In this document: positions 1 to 10,469 of the stretch, piece by piece
Numbering within the stretch: the stretch's first letter is position 1
Layout: the number at the start of each line of letters is the position of its first letter
Assembly (NCBI GenBank): GCA_026770705.1
Contig: JANJGN010000056.1
Coordinates: forward strand, 868,001 to 932,000
Source: Isurus oxyrinchus
Taxonomy: Eukaryota
Length of the DNA stretch: 64,000 nt
Direction of reading: 5' to 3'
The notes under the pieces: model-generated
The model's input: the letters and a program-made list of their open reading frames with translations, nothing else
Told to the model about the DNA's origin: nothing
Databases searched by the model: none
Translations under genes and position numbers: made by a program

Positions 1-179
1 CACAGGCAAATAGGAGGGAGAGTATTGGCTGTTTTTCTGTTTACAGCAATTTTAGCATGGCCAAGAATATGTTAGAAAATAAGTGCAGGATACAACGCTG
101 TATGATGCTCCTAATAGGCCGCATCTGAAGTACTTGCAGAGTAGTAGCGAACTTACAGCATATCAGGAGGCCACTCTGT

Positions 180-1262
180 CCATCGTGTCAGTGCCACCAA
201 AAAGCACATTTTCCCTTCTCCCCCCCCTGGCGGAATTCAGCAGGTTTTGTTTCCTCCAGTACACCCTGGCCCATGCCTTCATCGCCCTCTACACCTCAAC
301 CCTCTCCCATGGCACCTTGCCATGCAACCGCAGAAGGTGCAACGTCTGCCACCTTACTTCCTCTCTCCTCAACGTCCAAGTCCCCAAACACTACTTTCAA
401 GTCTAGCAGCATTTTACTTGCGCTTCCCTCAATTTAGACTACTGCATTCGCTGCTCCCAATGCGGTTTCCTCTACACTGGAGGGAGCAAACGCAGACTGA
501 CTGTCTGCAAGCATTACCCAGACCTCACTGTTGCTTGCCATTTCAACAGTCCACCCTGCACTCATGCCCAGATGTCCGTCCTTGGCCTGCTGCATTGTTC
601 CAGTGAAGCTCAACGCACACTGGGGAACAACACATCATATTCTGGATCGACACTTTACAGCATTCAGGAATTAGAATTGAGTTCAACAACATCAGACCAT
701 GAAGTGTCTCGTCCAAACTCGTCCGTTTTTGATTTCCTTCCTTCAATATTCATTTTACTATTTTATTTATTTCATTCACGGTATTTTTATAATTGCTTTT
801 TTTAATTTGTTTCATTTTTTTATTTATTGTTTTATCCCCAGCTTTTTTCCTGTTTACGATATTTTTCTTCCCACCACCGTCCCCTCACTCAATGGCGCCC
901 CATTGAGTGACACCTATCACTTGCTCAGATTTTATTCGAAGACTGCCTACCCTGGTCTGCCTATTATCGTATTCTGCCTTCTACCTTAATTGGGCCATTA
1001 GCAGCTCCCTCAGCCAGTATCACCACGATCCTTTCACCCTTCCTTTATGACAATTTTTCCAATCTCTCCTTTGCATCCATCTATCACTGACCTTCAATCG
1101 AGCTGCACCTGTTCCACCCCTCTTGAACAATATATGTTTCATCACTTTTCTGCTTCCCATGAGACCTGAAGGAGGGTCATACTGACTCGAAACATTAACT
1201 CTGTCTTCTTCCCAACAGATGCTGTCAGACCAGCTGAGATTTCCCAGAATTGTTCCTATTTG
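180..1262 (+). mobile_element. Degraded Penelope-like element 3' part (GIY-YIG endonuclease remnant and 3' tail)
   Basis: Frameshifted fragments PCNRRRCNVC, HYFQV and MSVLGLLHCSSEAQR match the 9047-9883 ORF. The tail gactcgaaacattaact...gatgctgtcagaccagctgag matches 10335-10385. Confidence 0.85.
1166..1200 (+). ncRNA. Degenerate minimal hammerhead ribozyme-like motif in the older Penelope copy
   Basis: CTGAAGGA-GGGTC atact GACTC-GAAACATT-AACT. Confidence 0.45.
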
Positions 1263-1334
1263 TGCCCTGGCTAATTCGTCTTGAAAAGCATTGCTTTATT
1301 AACATAAACACTAACTGTTTACTCTGCTCCCCGC

Positions 1335-1920
1335 AACATGTGAATATCTCCTTGTCTAAAATTCTCCACCCATGTCTCCAGTCCCTAATCAATATCTGTG
1401 TTGTCCTTTGTTTAGCACTAACATATCAAGATTCGCTGGCCTAACGCTTACCACCATGTGAATAACACTTGTTCCACGATCAACCTAACACTTCCATTTG
1501 TCTCATAGCCAATGTGTATAGGTATTTGTCAAATCCCCCTAAACAGCCCCGTCGAAAACCTACCATCTGAATAGCCCTTGACTAAACCACCACCACCCAG
1601 TGACCAGTCGTGCCCCTATTTCTTCGTATGCACAGCCCCTAATCTAAAACTCAGGCAAATGAACACCCCTTTAATCAATCAGTCCACATGTGAACAGCCA
1701 TTGTCTAATCCTCCCCTGCATACATGTGAGCAGCGCTGTACATAACCACCTATTTGAACAGCAACCTGCCTGCAACTGCCTCATGTGAACAGCCATCATC
1801 GATCCACCAATTTAACAAAGCCTTGTCTAATCCTTCCAGCATGTGAAACATCCCTTGTCTAACCACCATGCGAACAGCGCTAGTTTAACCTCCCCACTCT
1901 TGTGAAAAGAATCCTTGCCG
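1335..1920 (+). repeat. Degenerate minisatellite, core CATGTGAACAGCCCTTGTCTAA(C/T)C, about 30-40 bp period
   Basis: Recurs at about 1337, 1455, 1565, 1686, 1723, 1782, 1840 and 1867, among others. Confidence 0.75.
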
Positions 1921-3973
1921 AAAGCGTTGCTCATACCAGATGTGCTGCCCTTTGCAATAACAATGGTGCTTGGAACTTTGTACTGCCACTCATCATTGTA
2001 AAATTATTTCATGGAGTAAGGTTGGAAAATTACCATTCGTATTTGATGAGGGCAGTCTGTTATGAAAGCACATAATTGATAAAGAAGTGAAGTAAAACGC
2101 GTGACTGGTCGTATACCATCTTTCCTCTGAGACAGACCCATTCTTTCTTCAAGTCTGTTACTTCAGTCTGCCAAACGCTGAGCTTGTTTTTGTCAGCCAA
2201 TGACTAATTTTCTTCATGTAGTTACTTGTCCTGCAGACATTACGTCCAAGTAAGTAAACCTTCCGTACAGAACAGAAAGCATGGTTTTTCACGCTGGTTT
2301 CTAAATCTTGGAGCAGGTGGCAAGCGGCAGACTTTTACCCTGTTTCTCTATCTTCAGAGATATTGTCAGTCCGAAGAATTCTGACTCTAGGCAAAGCCGT
2401 TAGCAAGCAGCTAGATGTCTCCGGAGTATTGCCCATGAGGTTGCATTGGTCTTAAAATAAGACATCCCTCAGTAGACTCTGTGCAAGATTTTTGCTTTGA
2501 CTCGTTGAGATGCTTGCAGTTTCCTCTGAATTGAATGTGTAATCCTGTGCCAAGATCTTAGAGCGCATACTAGAGAATGCCAGACAAGAATATGACAAAC
2601 AGAACTAGTGTCATCGCTCAGCATGGCTTGATGCCGTTTGTGACAGGAATGTTGTCCTCTGATGGACCATGTTGCATTAAATTTATCATTATGTTATCAT
2701 CAAAAGAACGAATGAAATTGATCAATTTTTCGGAGCTGCCATATATTTAAGACTGGGTTGTATAACTGTTTTTCCAAAAGGGAGAGTTTAGTAATGAGGA
2801 TATGCCTCTGTGCGTTTGGGTGTCTGTGATGTTGTAGGTGGTGTGGGATGGGATGGGTGGTGGTTGTCCGTGTGGGACGATATTTGGAGGGGGTGTAGGT
2901 GGTCAAGGTGGGAATTTTAAAGTGGATTTGAGGCCCACATCAGAAAAAACCGTGATCTTATGGATTGGCAGAGGAGCCTCAACAGACGGAATGAACTAAC
3001 ACTATCCTTCGTTCTTGTGTTGCTGGTAGTTATAAGAAATGCCATCCAAAACAACACAATAATACGCCATCGATTCTGGCCCATTACAGTGAGGGTCTCC
3101 ATCTCCAAATGATTGGCTGAAGAAAGTATATGAAGGCCGAATATTAAATGTTACCCGCGAACTATTCCCCCAGCGTTGCTATCTTGTTAGCTTATGATTT
3201 CATTCAAAAATATTATTTTCCATCCAGCCCATGCAAGTGGGTGAGGAGGAGCAATTGGAGAGTCAGGGGATCGTATCTGAGGGTATATGGCTTTTGGATT
3301 TTTCTGAACATTTCATTTTGCAGTGTTCCTGTTGAGGAAGCAGGAAACTTCTTTGCGCAGTTTCTGTTGCAATTCACGTAACCAGCAATGCCAAAACCCA
3401 AGTCAAATGGTTGCAATGATACATTCCAGATGGAATGGTGTACGTTTCTCTGCTACGCCTTGGAATGCAGGCGAAGTCAACTACAGAAGCGTCAGTTCCA
3501 GAGGAATGTATGGGTGGACCCGGGCAGGTTATGTCTTCACTCTGAAAGTTTCAATGACACAGACACGTATCACACATATGCCATGTTGCAACATAGCATG
3601 GGCCAGACACAAAAACCAATTGTGAACAACTGCTTTTTCCACACTATTTCTCCTGGAGTTTCAAGCCCATTGAGTTTCCTAGATTTTTAAAATCTATATT
3701 ATTAAAGGCTTCTTTCCCATCATTGCTTTGTTGGTCAATCATTTCCCGCCCCGATCAACACATTGAATATTTGCCTGTTGTTTGGTAACATGCAGCACCT
3801 TCCATTGTTTTGTCCGCAGAACTTATTCCAATATTTGAAATTTAACATTGTAGTGGGACATTTCATAATGTTAACCTGGGAGGAGAGAGGTTGATGTATC
3901 CAATTTTTTCAATATCTCAAACTAATATATTTCTTCAGGGAACATGGAAGTGCTAATGGGGATTTACCTGCTG

Positions 3974-3981
3974 TATAAGTG
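3974..3981 (+). promoter_or_regulatory. Putative TATA-like element of GPCR copy 1
   Basis: tgTATAAgt at the same position as TATAAATA in copies 2 (41584) and 3 (58145), inside a block conserved in all three copies. Confidence 0.35.
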
Positions 3982-4169
3982 AGAGTTGCTTTGATCGGAT
4001 CACCTCATCTTTCCAACTGATGCAGTGTATCTGCTTCAACAGGAATTAGCTCTTTCACACTGAATAGAATTTGTTTTGCTTCATCAGTTACTGGTCATTT
4101 ACAAACCTATTCTCGAAGTTCTCGTTATTCTATGTAAGTTTATTTTTATACTCCCAGACTCAACATGCC

Positions 4170-4470
4170 TTTCTGTGTATCCTTCCATTAATTGGATGTG
4201 GGTGAAGCGACCTAGGGCAGCATTTATTGCCTATCCCTAATTGGCCTTGAGAATGTTGTTTGAGCTGTTTTTGAACTGCTGCAGGCTGTGCAGTTCAGTT
4301 ACAGCCACAGTGCCGTTTGCTGGTGGGTGCCAGTTTCGGAGCTTTAAGCCGGAGTAAAGGAAGGACGATACCTTTCCAAATCAGGATGATGAGTGGTTTG
4401 GAGGGGAGGGGAGACTCCAGCTGGTGGCATTCACATGTCTATCTGGCCCTATTGTTTCTAAATAGATTTG
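4170..4470 (-). mobile_element. LINE 3'-tail fragment in the putative 5'UTR intron (equivalents at about 41790-42075 and 58350-58635)
   Basis: gcagcatttattgcctatccctaattggccttgag is the reverse complement of the second-family 3' end. Confidence 0.6.
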
Positions 4471-4731
4471 GAAGGTTATCTGCAGGAACTCATTGATGCA
4501 AAAGGTGGCAGCTTTTATACGTTCCCTGCCATCAATGCTCTGCTGCCAGTTTGACTCCGATGTTCACCTTTTATTGACTGTGGAATCTCCTTCCGAGCCT
4601 CCGGTGATTTTATTCTGTTTTTTGGTTCTCTGAAAAGTATTTAAAGGAGAAGAGGATTTGTATGTTTCAGCTCAACAGTTCCATTCCATCTTGGTTATTC
4701 ATCTCAGCAGGAAACACATTTTCTCAAAAAG

Positions 4732-4801
4732 ATGGGGGAACTGATCCTTCACCAGATAGAAGCCATTTACTATCCTATTCTCCCGGCTATTGGTGTTCCT
4801 G
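4732..4801 (+). CDS. GPR139-like class A GPCR copy 1, coding exon 1 (MGELILHQIEAIYYPILPAIGVP+G)
   Basis: ATG at 4732, 70 nt, YYPIL..IGVP TM1 start, donor G|gtagga at 4802. Phase 1 joins in frame to the acceptor before 17391, giving GVP-V-NAVAIVILSRG. Homologous exons lie at 42331 and 58888. Confidence 0.88.
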
Positions 4802-5384
4802 GTAGGAACCTATGCAAAGCAATTAGACATTATAATTGTTAGTTACCTGCTTTTCAAACGACGTTTCTGATCTCTAAAAGGTGCTGATTTACGTTTGGAG
4901 AGTCTGGGGTGCTTGTTTACCCCTAACATCACCTGATTTCTTACTGCTGACTCATCTTTTACACCGTGTTCTCCAGCGGCGATACATTACTAATTAATTT
5001 GGGAATGATTTAAATGGATGCGCTCTGCAATAAATATCATAACCAAATTCAATCCCAGTTTGAAATTATAGATGACACAATCTGTGATATTCAATGAAGA
5101 GGAACTTTGCATTCTGCAACATTCACCTTGCCATAATTGAAAGCGCTTGCGAATGATTTTCATCTGCTTTTCACTATTACAAGCAACGGGCATCCTATCA
5201 AACGACTTAGATTTTAATGCAGCCATCTTTAACAGATCAGTGTACAGTGAAGGTAGCTGGAAGTTGGGGTAAAACACAAAGCTGGATGTGGTAAAAACAT
5301 TGCGACATCTTACTTACTTGTATCTCGAAAGACATTTATTTATTTAGTCCCGTTTGCAGATCACCTTACTGGCTTTAAATAGAA

Positions 5385-7168
5385 AGATAGAATCATGGAA
5401 AGAAGCCAACAAAAGCAGGAGTGGGCCATTCTCCCATTCGAGCCTGCTACGCTACTCATGAAAACAATAACTAATCATCCAGTTCAATAGCCTGCTCTGC
5501 TTTCTCCCCATATAGTTTGGTCCCTTGCTCTCTAAATGTTATATTTAACTCCTTCTTGAAATCATACAATGTTTTCGCCTCAATTACTTTCTGTGGTCGC
5601 TGATTCCTCAAGCTCACCACTCTATGGGTGAGAATTTTGTCCTCATCTCAGTCCTAAATGGTAAATCCCGTGCTCTCAGGCTATGATGGCTGATTCTGGA
5701 CTGCCCCACATTCGGAACATCCTTCCTGCATCTGCCCTGTCTAGTCCTGTTAGAATTTTATAGCTTTCAATGAGATCCCCTCTCTCCTTTCTGAACTCCT
5801 AAACGACAAAATCTCTCCTCATATGTCAGCTCCACCATCCCAGGAATCAATCTGTGAAACATCTGCTGCACTCCCTCTACAAGAAGAAGATCCTTCCTTC
5901 GATAAGGAGGCCAGAACTGTGCACAATATTCGAGGTGCGGTTCAACAATGCCTTGCATATTTGCAGCAAGATATTCCTGCTCCTATACTCGAATCCTGTC
6001 ACTATGAAAGCCATTTGCCTTCTTTACTGGCTGCTGCAACTGCATGCTTACCATTTGTGACTGGTGTACGAAGACACCCAGGTCTCGTTGCATACTTCCA
6101 TCTCTCAATTCACAGATAATAGTCTTCCATTCTGCTTCTTTTACTCAAGTGATTAACATCACATTTGTGCACATCATATTCCATCTGCCACCCATTTGGC
6201 CACTCATTTAGCTTGTCCAGATCTCACTGAAGCATCTCGGCAACCTTCACACTGCACACCCTCCCAACCAGCATTGTGTCATCTGCAAATTTGGAGATAA
6301 TACATTGAGCTCCCTCATTTAAATCAACAATATTTTGTATTGCTGCGGTCCCAACATCCATCTCTGCAGTACCCGAATCATCACTCCCTGCCATTCAGAT
6401 AAAATACCCATTTTTCCATTCCTTGTTTCCTGCCTTCCAACCATTTTTCTATCCATCTCAATACACTACCCCCAATCCCATGCGCCTTAGTTTTTACTCG
6501 TTAATCTATTTTGTTGAAAACATTCTGAAATGTGAGGAAAACCATATCCACTGGTTCCCCCTCATCAAGTCTACTCATTACTTCCTCGATAAATTCCTAC
6601 AGCTTTGCCAAGCATGATTCTCTTTCTTAAAGTCATGCTGAGTCTGTACGATTCTGCCACTGTTTTCCAAGTGTTCAGCTGTTAAATCCTTTAAACTGGA
6701 CTCTAGAATTTTCTCAACTACCAACGTCAGGTTGACTGGTCTATAATTCCCTTTTTCCCCTCAACCTGCCTTTTTAGCTAGTGGAGTTACATTACCTACC
6801 CACCAGATTGTTGGAACTGCTCCAGAATCTATGAAATCGTGGAAAATGACCACCATTGCATCCATTATTTCTAGGGCCACTTCCTTAGGTATTCTGGGAT
6901 GTAGATGATCTGGTCCTGGGGATTTATCGGAATTCAATTAGATCAGTTTATAAAGCACAATCACCCTACTAATTATGTTTCTTTTTTCAGGTCCTCCCCC
7001 TCACTAAACTCTTTGTTCCCCAAAACACCTGGTATGTTTTTTGTGTCCTCCTTTGTAAAGACAGTACCAATGTACAAATTTAGTTGGTCCAGCATTTCTT
7101 TATTCCCGGTTATAAAGTCCACTGTTTCTGACTGTGAGGGGCCTACATTTGTCTTCACCAACCTTTTC
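5385..7168 (-). mobile_element. CR1 LINE, 5'-truncated and degraded (RT region and 3' tail), specific to copy 1
   Basis: Minus ORFs PHLEYCAQFWPPYRRKD...VQQMFHRLIPGM..YEER and KTNVGP..GNKEMLDQLN..FTKED. A CR1-type 3' end lies near 5385. Confidence 0.88.
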
Positions 7169-7510
7169 AGCAAAGAATTATTAGCCATGAATCTTGTTCT
7201 CAAGTACTGAGGCCTGTATTAAATGTACGAACATCAATACCGGTACAGAAATTGCAACTAGATGAGCCATAACTGGTACACTTTTGAAACACCTGTACAC
7301 TGGGAGTACTTATTTTTCCTTCATTATTCTGATAATTTCAACTTCTCGACTTCCACTTCCTGCTGGTTCTTACTCCAAAATCTATATGATTTATAGTGAG
7401 AATTGAAGTGAATTAAAATTAAGCATTGTCGGACTCCCCTGTGTCATTGGGAAACTCACATTCCCACGTTAACTGCAGGTGCTTTTAAATGGTCATAAGG
7501 ATATAAGATA

Positions 7511-7593
7511 AAAACAAAGAAAACTGCGGATGCTGGAAATCCAAAACAAAAACAGAATTACCTGGAAAAAACTCAGCAGGTCTGGCAGCATCG
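7511..7593 (-). mobile_element. 83-bp Penelope 3'-terminal fragment
   Basis: Nearly identical to about 8077-8157. Flanked by taaggatataagata (7496-7510) and taatgatataagata (7594-7608). Confidence 0.85.
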
Positions 7594-7599
7594 TAATGA

Positions 7600-8070
7600 T
7601 ATAAGATATAGGACTAGAATTTGGCCACTAGGCTGCTCGACCTTGCTCCACTACTCAAGTAAACCATGGCTGAAATCATGGCTCCAATCCATTCTTTTAC
7701 ACTATTTCATATCTCTGGATGCATTAAATACTTAGAATTCAGTTCATCGCTTACCTGAACAGACTCAATGACTGAGCCTCCAAAGAGTCTGAGGCATGTT
7801 CTTCCGAACATTCATCATCCTCTGAACGAATTGGATCCTCCTCATCTCAATCCAAAAGGGCATAGTTCATCCTCTGCATGTGTACCTCCTGTTTTCAGGC
7901 ATGCGCCCCAAGGGCAACATCCATCCTGCATCTGTTCCAATAAAACCCTGTCAGATCATTGTTTGGTTCCGTGAGATAACTTCTAAGTTAGCAAGTCTTC
8001 AGAGAGTGCAGGCTCACTCTCGTCAATAATTCTACCTGGGGCTATTTCAGGTGAATCCAAGTATTCCAAG
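7600..8070 (-). mobile_element. Old CR1 3' fragment shared by all three duplication copies
   Basis: CR1 3'-tail sequence with equivalents at about 43545-44010 and 60085-60560. Confidence 0.6.
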
Positions 8071-8076
8071 GCGTTA

Positions 8077-9050
8077 AAAACACAAAAACTGTGGATACTG
8101 GAAATCCAAAACAAAAACAGAATTACCTGGAAAAACTCAGCAGGTCTGGCAACATCGGCGGAGAAGAAAAGAGTTGACGTTTCGAGTCCTATGATCCTTC
8201 GACAAAACTAGGAGAATCCAAGGAAGGGGTGAAATATCAGCCGTTTTAAGGAGTGTGTATGTGGGCGGGGTGGGTTGGGTGGGGGGAGAGAAGTGGGGAG
8301 GGTGGTGTGGTTGTTAGGGAAAAGCAAGCAGTGATAGAAGCAGATCATCAAAAGATGTCACAGACAACAGAACAAAAGAACACATAGGTGTGGAATTTGG
8401 TGATATATATCTAAACGAATGTGCTAACTAAGAATGGATGATAGGGCACTCAAGGTATAGCTCCAGGTGGGGGGAGCACAAAAGATTTAAAAATATTTAA
8501 AAATCATGGAAACAGGTGGGAAAAAGTAAAATCTATATAATTTATTTGGAAAAAAAAGGAAGGTGGGAGAACCAGAAAGGGGGTGGGGATGGAGGAGGGA
8601 GCTCAAGACCTAAAGTTGTTCAATTCAATATTCAATCCAGAAGGCTGTAAGGTGCCTAGTCGGAAGATGAGGTGTTGTTCCTCCAGTTTGCGTTGGGCTT
8701 CACTGGAACAATGCAGCAAGCCAAGGACAGACATGTGGGCAAGAGAGCAGGGTGGAGTGTTGAAATGGCAAGCGACAGGGAGGTTTGGGTCATTCTTGTG
8801 GACAGACCGCAGGTGGTCTACAAAGCGGTCGTCCAGTTTACGTTTGGTCTCTCCAATGTCGAGGGGCCACATTGGGAGCAACGAATGCAGTAGACTAAGT
8901 TGAGGGAAATGCAAGTGAAATGCTGCTTCACTTGAAAGGAGTGTTTGGGCCCTTGGACGGTGAGGAGAGAGGAAGTGAAGGGGCTGGTGTTATATCTTTT
9001 GCGTGGGCAAGGGGTGGTGCCATAGGTAAGGGTTGAGAAATATCGGGTGA
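8077..9050 (-). mobile_element. Penelope-like element, left (inverted) arm: GIY-YIG C-terminal part and full 3' tail
   Basis: Reverse complement of about 9435-10406. ORF 8603-8914 (-) reads ETKRKLDDRFVDHLRSVHKND...SGLNIELNNFRS. Confidence 0.92.
8172..8209 (-). ncRNA. Minimal hammerhead ribozyme-like motif (degenerate), left Penelope arm
   Basis: The reverse complement reads AGTT-TTGTCGAA-GGATC atag GACTC-GAAACGTC-AACT. Confidence 0.5.
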
Positions 9051-10235
9051 GGGAGGACGCCATCCCATTCTCTCAGTTCCTTCGCCTCTGTCGCATCTGT
9101 TCTGATGATTCTACCTTGAAAAAGAGGTCCGCTGACATGTTCTCCGGCTTTCTTAACCGAGGTTTTCCACCCACGGTCGTTGACAGGGCCCTCAACCATG
9201 TCTGGCCCATCTCTCGCGCATCAGCCCTTACGCCTTCCACTCCCTCCCAGAAACATGACAGGGTCCCCCTTGTCCTCACTTATCACCCCACCAGCCTCCG
9301 CATTCAAAGGATCATCCTGAACCATTTCTGCCAACTCCAGCATGATGCCACCACCAAACACATCTTCCCTTCACCCCCCTTATCGGCATTCCGTAGGGAT
9401 CGCTCCCTCCGGGACACCCTGGTCCACTCCTCCATGACCCCCTACTCCTCAACCCCCTCCTATGGCACCACCCCATGCCCACGCAAAAGATGTAACATCT
9501 GCCCCTTCACTTCCTCTCTCCTCACCGTCCAAGGGCCCAAACATTCCTTTCAAGAGAAGCAGCATTTCACTTGCATTTCCCTCAACTTAGTCTACTGCAT
9601 TCGTTGCTCCCAATGTGGTCTCCTCTACACTGGAGAGACCAAACGTAAACTGGGCGACCGCTTTGCAGAACACCTGCGGTCTGTCCGCAAGAATGACCCA
9701 AACCTCCCTGTCGCTTGCCATTTTAACACTCCATCCTGCTCTCTTGCCCACATGTCTGTCCTTGGTTTGCTGCATTGTTCCAGTGAAGCCCAACGCAAAC
9801 TGGAGGAACAATACCCCATCTTCCGACTAGGCACTTTACAGCCTTCTGGACTGAATATTGAATTGAACAACTTTAGGTCTTGATCCCCCTCCTCCATCCC
9901 CACCCCCTTTCTGTTTCTTCCCCCTTCCTATTGTTTTTTCCAATAAATTATATAGATTTTTTCTTTTTCCCACCTGTTTCCATGATTTTTAAATATTTTA
10001 AAATCTTTTACGCTCCTCCCACCCCCACTAGAGCTGTACCTTGAGTGCCCTACCATCCATTCTTAATTAGCACATTCGTTTAGATAATATCACCAACTTC
10101 AACCCCTATGTTTTCTTTTGTTCTGTTGTCTGTGACATCTTTTGATGATCTGCTTCTATCACTGCTTGCTTGTCCCTACAACCACACCCCCGTCTACTTG
10201 TCTCTCCCCACCCAACCCACCACCCCCCCCACCCC

Positions 10236-10236
10236 A

Positions 10237-10270
<34 letters not shown>
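10236..10270 (+). repeat. (CA)n microsatellite inside the Penelope tail
   Basis: Pure CA run; the mirrored position in the left arm has only gtgtgtatgtg. Confidence 0.95.
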
Positions 10271-10272
<2 letters not shown>

Positions 10273-10311
10273 TAAACCAGCTTATATTTCACGCCTTGCT
10301 TGGATTCACCT

Positions 10312-10350
10312 AGTTCTGTCACAGGATCATGAGGACTCGAAACGTCAACT
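10312..10350 (+). ncRNA. Minimal type I hammerhead ribozyme-like motif (degenerate) in the Penelope tail
   Basis: AGTT-CTGTCACA-GGATC atgag GACTC-GAAACGTC-AACT shows stem I, a core, stem II, GAAA and palindromic ACGT with a GUC site. The core deviates from CUGANGA. Confidence 0.55.
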
Positions 10351-10469
10351 CTTCTTGGCCAACGATGCTGCCAGACCCGCTGAGATTTTCCAGGTAATTC
10401 TGTTTTTATTACCAGGCATTAGTTTGGTGAACTCTGCTTGCCACATGACTTCGCCTCTTAACTCCCCAC

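Larger units (their letters stand above)
9050..10406 (+). mobile_element. Penelope-like element (Neptune-type), right arm: RT C-terminal linker, GIY-YIG endonuclease and 3' tail; 5'-truncated
   Basis: ORF 9047-9883 contains IPFSQFLRLCRICSD, RGFP, CPRKRCNIC (Cx4CxxC, as described for the Neptune group), NLVYCIRCSQCGLLYTGET, RFAEH, PVACHF and LQPSGLN. No RT catalytic core is present. Confidence 0.93.

Noticed and set aside
1335-1920. CRISPR-like repeat-spacer array
   Set aside because: The context is eukaryotic, the repeats are highly degenerate with irregular spacing, and there are no cas genes.
8583-9903. Antisense ORFs MGMEEG... (8583-8903 and 9625-9903) as duplicated genes
   Set aside because: They are shadow frames of the Penelope endonuclease in the two inverted arms.
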